Positions 1 to 10,893 of a stretch of 64,000 bases of DNA are shown here, piece by piece. The stretch is taken from positions 1 through 64,000 of the forward strand of contig JYFJ02001605.1 in NCBI GenBank assembly GCA_000934665.2, in the 5' to 3' direction. How positions within the stretch are numbered: position 1 is the stretch's first letter; each line of letters opens with the position of its first letter. The stretch comes from Catajapyx aquilonaris (Eukaryota). The notes beneath the pieces were generated by a model. It saw only the letters and a program-made list of their open reading frames with translations, had not been told where the DNA came from and ran no database searches. Made by a program: the position numbers and the translations under genes.

Positions 1-1
1 T

Positions 2-391
2 TTTTCCTGGAGTGTATCGACCCAAGCGGTGGCACCGCTCGATCGATAAGTTGTAGTCGTTAGCAAGGACCCTGTAGTACCGTAGTGCTCGGAGTGTTTT
101 GTCTTCACACACTGCCCATGGCTCCTCTACATCTGGGCCCAGCCCGAACACCACCACATTTTTCCGTCTCGCCCTGTCCTCCATATCAGTGATCTTCGTC
201 TCCAACAAGGTCACTTGGCTGCGGACAGTGCTTAGCTCTTCGGTCATCTTAGTCATCTGGTCCTGTACCTCTTTCGTGTGGACTTGTATAGCCTCCTTGA
301 CGATCCTCGTCATCTCTGCCTTCATCCTATTTGCTATACGTTCTTCTGCCCCATGTAGTAGCCTTTCTATCTCCTCTAAAGTCACCTCCAT
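2..391 (-). mobile_element. Non-LTR retrotransposon ORF1 (L1/CR1-type coiled coil + RRM start), antisense in a HELZ intron, runs off the window
   Basis: Minus-strand frame open from ATG at 391 to the window edge: MEVTLEEIERLL...LETKITDMEDRARRKNVVVFGL...SIERCHRLGRYTPGK. Coiled coil followed by EDRxRRxNxxxFGL and IERxHRLG motifs typical of LINE ORF1p. Probably missing from the ORF track because no stop lies inside the window. Confidence 0.8.
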
Positions 392-851
392 TGCTCGGTT
401 CACTTGGCACTAGACTCTGTTTGACGGTTATCGGGAGGCACTGTTATCGGGAGGCACACGCCACACGTGCGGACTGCGCAGTAGTCAGAGGAGAAGTGGT
501 GTCCTGATCAATGTTGGATAGGGACATTTCGAGGTAGGGCATACAGGGAGCGTGCTAATATAACATGGGTTGTAGTTACTATACTCCCTATATTTCCTTC
601 GGAGGTCATTAGCATGCTCCATGTAGGTCCTACCTTGAAATGTTCCTATCTAAAATTGATCAGGACAGTCTGGGCTACAACATATCCCATTTTCAGGCAA
701 ATCGAACGGAAGGTCACTGGCCCATACATTTTGTGCCATGTCCTTTCCCAAATCCCAGGCCAAGGCTAGGACCCCATTGTAGTGACTGCTTTGATGGAGT
801 TTGTCTGTTCTCTGGCAGAAAATAAATTTCACTATGTTTATACTTTGTATA

Positions 852-1443
852 CAGGTATCATCTCGTTACAACGAAGCCCGTGGGGCCGGGCAAATCTTTT
901 CGTAATAACGGAATTTCGTTAAATTGAGATTGGTTATTTTTATTTCCCCCACAAAAATGTCAGAATCTGTCAACTCCTGGCACACCTGCACGTCGTCATC
1001 TGCCGCTACAAAATTGTGGAAGGTAACTTCATCTGGTGCATTCAGCGACAGACCTCCACACAGACAAGTCGTCAGGGTCATCTGAGTCTTCAGCGTCCTG
1101 GGCACTCCCCAAAACAGACACTGCTGACCCCTTGACAACTTTTACCCCAACATTTCACGATTGTAGACGGTGTTATGCACGACCACACACTCACTTACCA
1201 CTAGACAGTGCTGGAGCACATGTGGCAGAGCATTGCACTAGTGCATATTTCGTTATATCGGGTTCAATACTAGCCGGGGAACAACCTTTCGTATTCGTTG
1301 TACTGAAAATTTCGTAGTGACACATTTCGTAATAATGGAATTACAAATACATTGCTCTTACAGCTGGCCAACCAAAATTTTATTTTTATTGCGTTCTATT
1401 GAAATTTTGTTGTATTGGTATTCGCTAAAACGAGATTTTACTG
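852..1443. mobile_element. Tigger/pogo-like (Tc1/mariner) MITE
   Basis: TA flanks; left end CAGGTATCATCTCGTTACAACGAA versus right end reverse complement CAGTAAAATCTCGTTTTAGCGAA; subterminal TTCGT repeats. Confidence 0.7.
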
Positions 1444-1504
1444 TATAGCCATTTCCGATTATGGTTGATTTTAATTTCACCTCATTTCACAAACCACTTT
1501 TCAG

Positions 1505-2025
1505 AACCATCCATGAAGATATCGCCTCCATTGGCCCCCACCCCAGCGTCTGCCTCACCAACTCTGCACTGCTCTTACTGTGCTCTGGACTTTAACTCCA
1601 AGGCTGCATTTGCTGCGCATTGCCACTCAGCAGAACACCAGCTGGTTCTTATGTCAGATGAGGGGAGGGATTGGAGACATCGTCCCCCTCCTCGTGGACT
1701 GTCCTCTGATCCTGACTCAGAAGAACCCCCTGCTCTGTGCAGAGAATATGCAGAATGTGGTCAGTGCAGACTTGGTCCTCAGTGTGTTTGGGCTCATGGG
1801 GAGGAGGAACTGAGAGAATGGGGGGAGAGGATGGACTATCGGAGAATCCGACTCCAGAGAGCCCAAGAGGCAAGGCTGTATGGGGGGTCATATGCTGAAA
1901 GGCTTCTGGAGAGATGGTTCCAAGCAGCCAGGCCTCAGGATATTTTAGCTGAGAGAAGGGATGGAGTGCAAGTGGAATGTGGACAACCTATGGCAGTGGC
2001 TGTCGCCACAAAGAACACCGTGCAG
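1505..2025 (+). CDS. HELZ: HELZ exon with C2H2-like and CCCH zinc fingers
   Basis: Acceptor ttttcag|1505, donor CAG|gtgagg at 2026; CSYC...HCHSAEH and [28 protein letters not shown]. Confidence 0.9.
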
Positions 2026-5000
2026 GTGAGGATGTGATATGTGCCATGTGAAGAATACTTTAGTTGACTTTGTGCAATAAAGTCTTGATTATCCAGACTA
2101 AATGGAATTAAGAGATGTGAGGTAATTTTAAGATATTGGTAATACAGAAGCCAGGGTGAAGAGGGGTGGGAATGAAAAATTGCATGATGAAGGAAGTCAG
2201 GATAAGTGCAAATTAAATCCCATGTTTATCAATCTGTATGCAGCAACTACATTCACACCATACTTGTCAGTTTGCATAGCTGGAAAGTTATATGGCACAT
2301 AATTATGTACAAGCCTGCACTCTCAGAAAAAAAGAATAAAGCATATCCACAAGTCGATGTCTCTCTTGAGGCCCTTTTTTAAATGGAGCAGATGTAAGGT
2401 GTTTACTAGATGATTCATGAGCAAAATTTTGAGTTTTTTAGCTAAAATATTTGTGAAGTGCATGCATGTAACTTATCTGGGAGACTTATGAAGTTGTAAA
2501 GTTATTGATAACAGGATAACAGGGTCAATTCGATTTTCTTTTTAGGATTGGACATTCTCAATAAGTGTTGAAGGTGGCAGGCTTCGACGAGTTGCCCTTC
2601 TTTATGATACCCATCGAAACCATTTTGGCATCGAGTCTGCCTCTGACTCAACTGGTCAGCGGTACCAAGTGGAAAACCGCCAAGAATGGCAGCATCCTGA
2701 TGATGATCCTGACCCAACTCCCATTACACTTCAAGTACGAGTGACTTTCCGTACTGATATATTTGGAACTTTTCGCCAGACTGTAGTGTTTGATCCGGGT
2801 TCAAATCCTGTTGTGGTGCGGCATTTGTGTGTTGATGTTGTTCCTCTGACACAGCTGGATAAATTACAGCAAGTGCAGAATGTGACAGCATCACGAGTTG
2901 AGAGATGGGATGAAACGAACTGCCAAACTCTTGAGTTTGTTCCTAGACCGTATCCAATTCCACCTGAAGATAGGCAGTTGCTTGCATTATATCCGTCTGC
3001 CCAAGCATCACGTTTATTGCTGACCCAGAGTGTGCTTGAACCTCGTTTGACCAAAGCTAATTACAGGTCTCGCCTTCATGAGCTTCTCTATGTAGAAGAA
3101 GTTGCTCATTATGAGCAGGTGTCTCGTTACAACCTGAAGGCAAAGTTGGATCTAATTGATCGATACATGCTGATGCCATCAAGTGTGTCAACAGCCAAAT
3201 ATGCACAGGGTGGGCAACTCTTTGCACAAATGAGACTATCAACAGAGGTATCTGAGGACTCGGCTCCAGGAAGGCTAGTACTCAACAGCAGCTCTATGGT
3301 GCTCATGACTTCTTGTGAAAAGGTAAGACATTGGCAGTGTTACGCAGTGTTCATAGATTAATGTGAATTTTAAAGATGTACTTTTCTGTGGAGCTTCTGT
3401 CAATGTTTTTCCATGTTTTGTATGTCTTAAAACACCATAATGTAGATGTGCAGTATGTTTAAAAAAAATATTCATCTCGCTTTTAAAAATTAGGTGGAAA
3501 AGGCCAAGAAGGAGGGAGTCCTTCCTCACGTGTATGAAGCCCTGGTGGAGGATAAGACGAAGATGGTGGTGTATCTTCGCTTGTCCCGAGACATGGTGGA
3601 AGAGTTGGGGTTGCGGCCTGACACCACGCTGATGGCGGAGGTCCAGTTTCAACTCAATAGACTCCCGTTGTGTGAGTGGCACTTTGCCATCGACAGGGTA
3701 CCCAGTCTTCAGATCCTATTTCCGGATATGCTGGTTGAGCCAGTAATTCCATGGACACCACAAAAGTGAGTAGAAATATGAGGAACCCAGTCCAGTTAAT
3801 ATGAGAATGGCAGTTGGTGTGGCAAACTTTCAACTGAAACAAAACTAGTGCAATAGGTCTACATTGCAGGTATGACACAGCACAATGTTAAAGGGACACT
3901 CCACTCAAAATACAAGCTGGGTTCTAAAAATCGAGAAAAAAATCCTGATTCCGAGGGTATAACGAGTTTTTCTGAGAGACGAATGGTAAGGCCAGGGGGA
4001 AAGCTGGAAGTGTATCGTTCGAAAACCGCGCGAGGAGCAGGTTGGGCGCGGGTGGCGAAGCCACCAGAGAAGCGGAACTAGACCAGGGGATGGTGCTTAA
4101 CGTGCTTTCCCCCCGTCCGAGCTAAGTGATGCCTTCTCCGCACCGTTGGGGCTTCTGACTGCCTCGTTAGCCTCCGTATCAGGTCGGGCACTCTTTTTTC
4201 CCATGATATTCGGTCCAGGAACAGTCCCGTCCGTCGGTGTAGTTCCTCGTCTGGCCGCTGGAGGGATTTTCTTCCCATCACTCACTGCGCGGGAGACTAT
4301 TATTTTACGAATCTAACCGTTCGTCTCTCAGAAAAACTGCTTATACCTTCGGAATCAGGATTTTTAGCCCGATTTTTAAAGGCCAACTTGTATTTTGAGT
4401 GGAGTGTCCCTTTAAGAAGTTATTAATTTTCTTGAACATCTTGGAAGATGAAAATGTTCTCTTATGATGTGTTTTGCAAGAGAAGTGTATTCTGCACTTC
4501 TGTTTTAATGTTTAATTGGTGCCTGTTACTGATGTTTTCTTATTTGTACACACAGGCAGTGGAGTGACCGGCTGGACTCTCGCTTAAATCCAAAACAGAA
4601 GGAAGCAGTGGTGGCCATCACCACTCCATTGGACATAATTCTTCCCCCAATCCTGATTATTGGCCCCTTTGGTACTGGGAAGACATACACGTTAGCCCAG
4701 GCTATAAAGCAGCTACTCCAGCAAGAAGGGACGCGCATATTGGTCTGCACACATTCCAACTCAGCTGCCGATTTGTACATCAAGGAGTACCTCCACCCAT
4801 ACGTGCAGGACCAGAACCATCCAGAGGCCAAGCCTCTCAGGGTCTACTACCGGAATAGATGGGTGGCCACAGTCAACACCACTGTGCAACAGTATTGCCT
4901 GATTGAAACTGAAGGCGGGTCAAGGTTCTTCCGAAACCCCTCACTGCAAGAGGTATATTTTCTCTCTCAGATCATTGCTCTTAAGGTGCGTTCACATATA

Positions 5001-8000
5001 CGCGATTTTGACCAAAAGCGAGCGAATTCGCGTCTGGTCAAAGGCATTCACGTATTGGCGATTTTCTCCTAGACGCGAGCAAATTTTGGTCACTCACGCG
5101 ACTAAACTAAAAATCGTGCTCCTCTGTCAGAGCCAGAGCGAAGCGAATATTTGATGCAAGTGAATGTTGGAGCTGGTTCGAGCCACCCAGAGCCGCCACG
5201 TGGACTTGTCGGCCTTCCTTGGCCATGTTGGGAATGCGGATGCTCGAGCTCGGAAGTTACATATTTTTTTGTCGCAAACTCCCGACCCGGGCAGTCTCCG
5301 AACCACGTCCAGCTCTTGCCCCACTTGGTGCACTGTGACCTGGATGCCCTTCCGAGGTCGGTTCAGCAGCATTTTCACTGCCATGCCGGCTGCCTCCGCA
5401 GCACAGGGCTCCGCCATCTTTCTCATCCCAAGACCTCCCCCTGCCCACACGACCCCGACCCGTCCTCCCTCCAACCTGCCCTGCTGCACAGCGCATGCTC
5501 ATAACTAACGAGTAAGTTTTATCGCCTAGCTGATACGTGAATGCCCGGAAATTTTTCAAAAAATTCGCTCGCGACGTTATGTAAAAAATTGCTCGCAAGT
5601 GTTCATTCGCGTATATGTGAACACACCTTTAGACACATTTTAGATGTTGGCTGCTCAAATTGTTGAAAATTTGTTACAAAATTAACTGATAATTTACCAT
5701 CACTTGAGCTGAACTACACTGTACTCCCGATTATCCGGGTGCGGAATATCCATGCATCACCAAAAAATAATATTTTAAATTAAAAGTTCGAAAAATGGGT
5801 CAAATTTTCGTCCCACAGCTAGATACTGCTAACTAGCAGTGGGACGAAAATTCAACCCACGGACAATGTCTCGCCAAAGAAGAAATATAAAAGACCTCTT
5901 CTAGAAGCCAAAGTAAGAATCTGTGGTAAGTTGTATTATTCTGATTCAACCAAGCAGCATACATTCTGTAGCTCATTTTTATGGTGTCTATAGGATAATT
6001 TTTCTATTATTATGTGTGTTTTCCAATTATGGGAAACACCAGTGCCGCCATTAGCGCGGATAATCTGGAGTACAGTGGATTTTAATGGGGCAGATTTCCA
6101 GTTGTTTTGCAACAACCAAACTCTTGGTTCTTATTGTGCCAAATGTTTTTCTAAAAACTCAAGTCATAAATATTTTGTGCAGTTTTTTCCTATTGGAAGA
6201 ACTTGCCACAACAGCACCATCAAAGTTTTGCCAAATTGTATTTAAAGTAGCATTTAATCAGCACCAGTTGCGACCAGCCTTCATTTTCCTTATATGGTGA
6301 TTAATTTCTCAACTAGGAGATCACCACTACTTCCATATTTTTGTCCAACTACAGGTGACCTCTCACCGTGTGATAGTGGCAACCTTAAGCACTTCTCGCC
6401 AACTAGCACAGCTGGGACTTCCACGAGGCTTCTTTACCCACATCTTGCTAGATGAGGCAGCCCAGTCTATGGAGTGTGAGGCCTTGCTGCCGCTTGGTCT
6501 GGCAGGACAGTCCACTCGAGTGGTTCTGGCAGGAGATCACATGCAGCTCTCACCAGAAGTGTGCTCTCCATTTGCCAGAGAAAAGAAACTTCATGTCTCA
6601 ATGCTGGAGAGGCTGTATGATCTGTACCCACCAAACTTTCCATGCAAGATTCTCCTGTGTGAAAATTACAGGTCCCATGAAGCCATTGTCCAGGTAAGAG
6701 ATCTGCCTTACACTGTTACATGTGTTTATGGCAAGGGGTTAACCCCCCTGTCACTCTCCCTCTTTTCCCGTGAGCATAGCTGATCTCCCCCACCGAGGGG
6801 GATTGGCCACGGTTGGTGCTAGAATCACTTACCGAAATGGCGGCCAACTCTGAACCATTTTGGTTGACTCCGATTGGCTGGAGTTTTAAAATACCTCCTG
6901 TGCTCTTTTAACCGATATACTACCTCCAGCTAATCAGAGTCGACCCTAAAGGTTCAGAATTGCTTCGCTAGGTAGGATGCCACCATCTTGGTAAGTGAAT
7001 CTAGCACCGACCGTGGCCAATCCCCTTTGGTGGGGGAGATCAGCTAAGCTCACAGGGGTATCAATGTACTGGTATAGGGATTGACTGGGGGGTCGGTTAA
7101 CCACGTGACTGTAAAGTGTACACGGAGTACCAAAATTCAAGGAGTACCTGGGAGTACCACTGCAGGTGTACGCCGGAGTACCCAAGTTGTTAACCCCTTG
7201 GTTTAGGGCAGGTTATAGAAGACTCGGGTTAGGTCACTCCCCACCCACCCCCTGCCGAGGGGTTTTGCAGTGGGTGCTCACTTGAGAGCGCCATGAGACA
7301 TTTCCCAGAGCATTTATGTGGCGACCCTACCGGACTAGGCTGAACTTTATAGGTACGAAAGGGGAGGGCTACATTGGGGGGCCCAACATGGCGGCTATGT
7401 CGGGCCAGCATGTAGCGCTTCCCTTTCATTCCTATAAAGTTCAGCATAGTCCGGTAGGGTCGCCACATAAATGCTTTGGGAAATGTCTCATGGCGCTCTC
7501 AAGTGAGCACCCACTGCAAAACTCCTCGGCAGGTGATAAGCCCAGAACGTAGGGGTAGTGTCCATGGGCTGGTTTAGGGGCTTGCATTCTCCAACGACCT
7601 TGATAGTTATGCCAGTGGTAGTCTACTCTCAGGGTCATCGAAGTCAAATAGATCTTTGTGGGGGGGGAGTTTTACTAACCTAATCAGTAATAACTAATAC
7701 TAACCTAAATAAGATCCTTTACATTGTTGGATTAGGCAATGATCCAAGTGATCTACTGGTGAATTTGTGTAAAATTCAGTTCTGATATATGGGGTAAATT
7801 CAGGCTTTGTTTGCCCAATCCACATTGCCAAAATATTTCGGGAAGTTTTATTTCAGCTTGCGCAAGAGGTATTCTCTGGAGCTGGATTACAGTTACAGGC
7901 ACAGTGATGCAACCTAATTGCAACTTGTGTATCTTTTCAGTACACTTCTGAGCTGTTTTATGATCGGAAGCTGATCTGCAGTGGGAAGCAGCCTCGTCAT

Positions 8001-9722
8001 GATGAATTTTTTCCGCTAACATTTTTCACTGCCCGAGGTGAAGATGTTCAAGACACAAATTCCACTGCATTTTACAACAACTCGGAAGTATATGAAGTTG
8101 TGGAGCGAGTTGTTGAACTGAGGAAAAAGTGGCCATCTAGCTGGGGACCATTGGAACAAGACAATGGGATTGGTGTTTTGACACCATATTCTGATCAAGT
8201 AGTCAGAATCCGAGCTGAGTTACGGAAAAGGCGCCTGTATGGAGTTTCAGTGGAGCGTGTGTTGAATGTGCAAGGGAAACAATTCCGGGCAGTGTTTCTC
8301 AGCACTGTTCGCACAAGGAACACTTGCATGTCAAAGGCTGAGGCCGAAGAAGAGCTGGATTATGGCTTCTTGAGCAATGCCAGGTTACTGAACACAGCAG
8401 TCACTCGGGCTCAGTCACTTGTAGCTGTAGTTGGAGATCCTGTTGCCTTGTGCTCTGTCGGAAGGTGCCGCAGATTGTGGGAACGCTTTCTGGATCTTTG
8501 CCAGAATCAGCGCTCTCTCTATGGCCTTACCTGGTCTGGTTTGAAAGCACTGTTGGCTGGAGTTGAGCTGAGGAAACCATACTTACTCAACCCATTGGCA
8601 CCTGAGTTTGTGCCCCGCCTCCATGCAGTTCCAGCTGGTTATTATTACCAACAGTTCTGCCCAGGGGCTGCCCAAGGACCATCCATGGCCCCGCCTCATC
8701 CACCTCCACCCCAACATGCCATGGTACTTCCAGCCCACTTTGCTGCTCCTCCACCAGCAGCAGTACCATTTCCAACTGTCTACCCACCACATATAATGGC
8801 ACCCCCTGGACCTGCCCCTGGACCACCTCCAGCTTATTTGGCTTCCAATGTGCTCTACAGACCAGCTGTTGCTGCAGCAGCTGCTGCAGCCTACTACAAC
8901 CCGCAATTTGGTGGGTTTCCATACTACCCTACACCATACTGGATGAAAGTGCCACCTGCTGTAGGGCCAGCACCTGGTCCTGGGCCAGGACCTAGTCCTG
9001 GATCAGCGCCAGTTTCAACACCAGGACCACCTTTCAATCAACTGTTGGCACTGGTAAGTGAATGACACAAGGAAACTGCTTGGATCCTCCCCATCGGGTG
9101 GGTGGAAAATTATGGCACAGGTAAATTGTAGACCAGGAACTCTTTGGTGAATATTGAAAAGTAATGCCGTGCGTGCATTTTCAAGCGTTTAGTAAAAGTA
9201 GGTTACACTGTAATGCCAGTCACTTGATCTGGGCAGTGATAAGACAACATGGTTTTTGCGCCTCACTGAAAAATGCCAGCATACTGTGTGACTTGTGGAC
9301 TTCATCAATGACTTCCTGGCTTTGACATTACCTGTGATGTCATTTTCATACCCATTGCAAGGAAGCATCCAGCTACTCTCCGATTTGCATAAGTCCGAAC
9401 CTTTTCGCGTATACATACGCTCGAGGGGGTGAGCCACCACAAAATTCGTCCCCGGTATCGCTGGTTTTCTCGAAGAAACTGTGCTGCTACGTGTAATTCA
9501 AATGCCTAGTTATCATGGGCAGCCCATGCGGTAGCTGCAGCGCTACGCAAACTGCACATTTTGATGTGAGGAGCGGTATGGCCCGTCATGGTGGTGGGCA
9601 CTACTTTCGGGTGTATGGATATCCAAAAAGGTTCTGACTTATGCAAATCGGAGAGTAGTTTCATTGTTAGTAATGTGTGTTCTGACATTATTTGACATTG
9701 CAATGCTCTTACAGCAACATCA

Positions 9723-9753
<31 letters not shown>

Positions 9754-10035
9754 CAACAGCAGCAGCAACAGCAACAATTGCTGCTGCGCTCACCTGTTTT
9801 GCGCCGGTCTATCGCCAGCAAGATGCCAGTGAGTACTGCACCACCTGTGTCACGACCTGAACCTCCTGGAAACTTCATCTCTGCCCCACCTGGATTTGGA
9901 AATTCCACAATACGCCCCAACAACAATGTCATTTCCAATAACAATCGCTGTGAGCAAGCCAAGGGGCCAGTGGTGCAGTTCCTTCACAATGTTCATTTTC
10001 CAGAGGGTAGTGTTCACCAACAAAGGGCAGCAGCA

Positions 10036-10070
<35 letters not shown>

Positions 10071-10893
10071 GCAGCAACAGCAACAGCAGCAACAACAGCA
10101 GCAGCAGCAAAGGGAGCGGCCCAACTCACTGAATCAGCTCAATAATGAGGAGCCCTTATTACCACATGACATGGATGCTCGATTGCTAGCAGAATCACAT
10201 GCCCATCAGCTGCGGTGGTACACACATCTTTTGGCCACCAGGGGTTCACGAGCTGCCAATAGATTCTTGGAGATGATGACAGTTGCAAGTGAGGAAGCCA
10301 TGTCTTCTGCCTCTGGTAACTGTCAGCCTGCACTGCCAACTCCAGATGTTGTTCGTAAGCTTGAAGATTTAATTAGTGACAAGTCTCCATCAACGCCCAG
10401 TTTCCCAAATGGGGATGGTGGTGCTGCGCGGTGGCCACGAGAAGAAGATTCCGCACCAAGTTGGGCCACTATACGTAAGCCATTAACAGTGCAGGAGGTT
10501 GAGGCATCCATGATGGATTCACGCCGCCCCATCCGAGTGTCACCTGGCAATTGCTTTGAACCATCATGGATGTCTGGCAATGGTGGGTTTGAACAGAAGG
10601 CCCCAAGTCAAGCGGCATTGGCCGATGGTTTATTTGCAATCGGTCATTGTGATCGCCGTCAGGAGGTATCGCAACCCACTTACGCCAACGTGTTGCGGCA
10701 GGCAGCTCGACGTGAGCAGGTGTCTCCAACACAACCTCAGGGTTACCAGAACCAGGTTGGAGCCACTACATCGGGCAATCCTCAAGCAGGATTTGGAAGT
10801 GGCACTAGAGACAAGCCAACTTACACTGTACTGAACAGCCTGAGGGCTCGAGATTCTCAGAATGCACCTGGGTTTTACAAGTACTTTTCCTAA
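1505..10893 (+). CDS. HELZ: HELZ-like helicase with zinc finger (SF1, UPF1-like), 5'-partial; join(1505..2025,2546..3322,3494..3765,4556..4952,6355..6693,7941..9053,9715..10893)
   Basis: All six introns are GT-AG with compatible phases (0,0,2,0,0,0). CCCH finger, Walker A GPFGTGKT, Walker [35 protein letters not shown]2 motif [10 protein letters not shown] and a low-complexity tail ending GFYKYFS. Confidence 0.93.
2546..3322 (+). CDS. HELZ: HELZ exon (259 codons)
   Basis: ttttag|GATTGG to AAG|gtaaga; [13 protein letters not shown] and [14 protein letters not shown] motifs of the HELZ/MOV10 group. Confidence 0.9.
3494..3765 (+). CDS. HELZ: HELZ exon
   Basis: tag|GTGGAA to CAAAA|gtgagt (phase 2); [19 protein letters not shown]. 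Confidence 0.9.
3892..4411. mobile_element. Kolobok-like MITE (TTAA TSD, AG...CT termini)
   Basis: TTAA at 3888-3891 and 4412-4415; ~95 bp imperfect TIRs AGGGACACTCCACTCAAAATACAAG / CTTGTATTTTGAGTGGAGTGTCCCT. Confidence 0.85.
4556..4952 (+). CDS. HELZ: HELZ exon with Walker A
   Basis: cacag|G completes the phase-2 codon; [17 protein letters not shown] (4662-4685), CTHSNSAAD; donor GAG|gtatat. Confidence 0.93.
4984..5628. mobile_element. PIF/Harbinger-like MITE
   Basis: TTA TSD (4981-4983, 5629-5631); TIR AGGTGCGTTCACATATACGCG / CGCGTATATGTGAACACACCT; CpG-rich interior. Confidence 0.85.
5717..6077. mobile_element. Tigger/mariner-like MITE
   Basis: TIR CACTGTACTCCCGATTATCCG / CGGATAATCTGGAGTACAGTG; TA on the left side only; internal hairpin AATTTTCGTCCCAC...GTGGGACGAAAATT (~5802-5851). 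Confidence 0.7.
6355..6693 (+). CDS. HELZ: HELZ exon with Walker B (DEAA)
   Basis: acag|GTGACC to CAG|gtaaga; [28 protein letters not shown]. Confidence 0.93.
6732..7200. mobile_element. hAT-like MITE carrying a nested foldback element
   Basis: 12-bp TIR CAAGGGGTTAAC / GTTAACCCCTTG; 8-bp TSD GTTTATGG (6724-6731) versus GTTTAGGG (7201-7208), one mismatch; GGAGTACC subterminal repeats. Confidence 0.7.
6770..7053. mobile_element. Foldback/MITE with long TIRs inside the hAT-like element
   Basis: TAGCTGATCTCCCCCACC...GTGCTAGAATCACTTACC pairs with GGTAAGTGAATCTAGCACC...GGTGGGGGAGATCAGCTA; pairing continues inward (GATTGGCTGGAG / CTCCAGCTAATC). Confidence 0.75.
7251..7533. repeat. Long near-perfect palindrome (foldback element)
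   Basis: CCTGCCGAGGGGTTTTGCAGTGGGTGCTCACTTGAGAGCGCCATGAGACATTTCCC is mirrored by GGGAAATGTCTCATGGCGCTCTCAAGTGAGCACCCACTGCAAAACTCCTCGGCAGG; the ORF track shows near-identical peptides on opposite strands (7229-7468 minus, 7316-7552 plus). Confidence 0.9.
7941..9053 (+). CDS. HELZ: HELZ exon with helicase C-terminal motifs, PAM2 and proline-rich region
   Basis: ttttcag|TACACT to CTG|gtaagt; [44 protein letters not shown]. Confidence 0.93.
9376..9655. mobile_element. MITE with TA TSD (Tc1/mariner-type)
   Basis: TA|CTCTCCGATTTGCATAAGTCCGAACCTTTT ... AAAAGGTTCTGACTTATGCAAATCGGAGAG|TA. Confidence 0.8.
9715..10893 (+). CDS. HELZ: HELZ terminal exon (polyQ-rich tail)
   Basis: ttacag|CAACAT in phase 0; Q19 (9721-9777) and Q25 (10036-10110); ends GFYKYFS then TAA. 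Confidence 0.85.

Noticed and set aside
99..413. Plus-strand 104-aa ORF
   Set aside because: Antisense shadow of the LINE ORF1 on the minus strand.
2075..2525. GATTATCC ... GGATAAC motifs suggesting an old Tigger-like MITE
   Set aside because: Too degenerate to define TIRs or a TSD.
5127..5598. Several overlapping 113-120 aa ORFs
   Set aside because: GC-rich interior of the Harbinger-like MITE; no protein motifs.
9506..10132. PolyA, polyC, polyL and polyS ORFs
   Set aside because: Alternative frames and strands of the CAG/CAA polyQ tracts.
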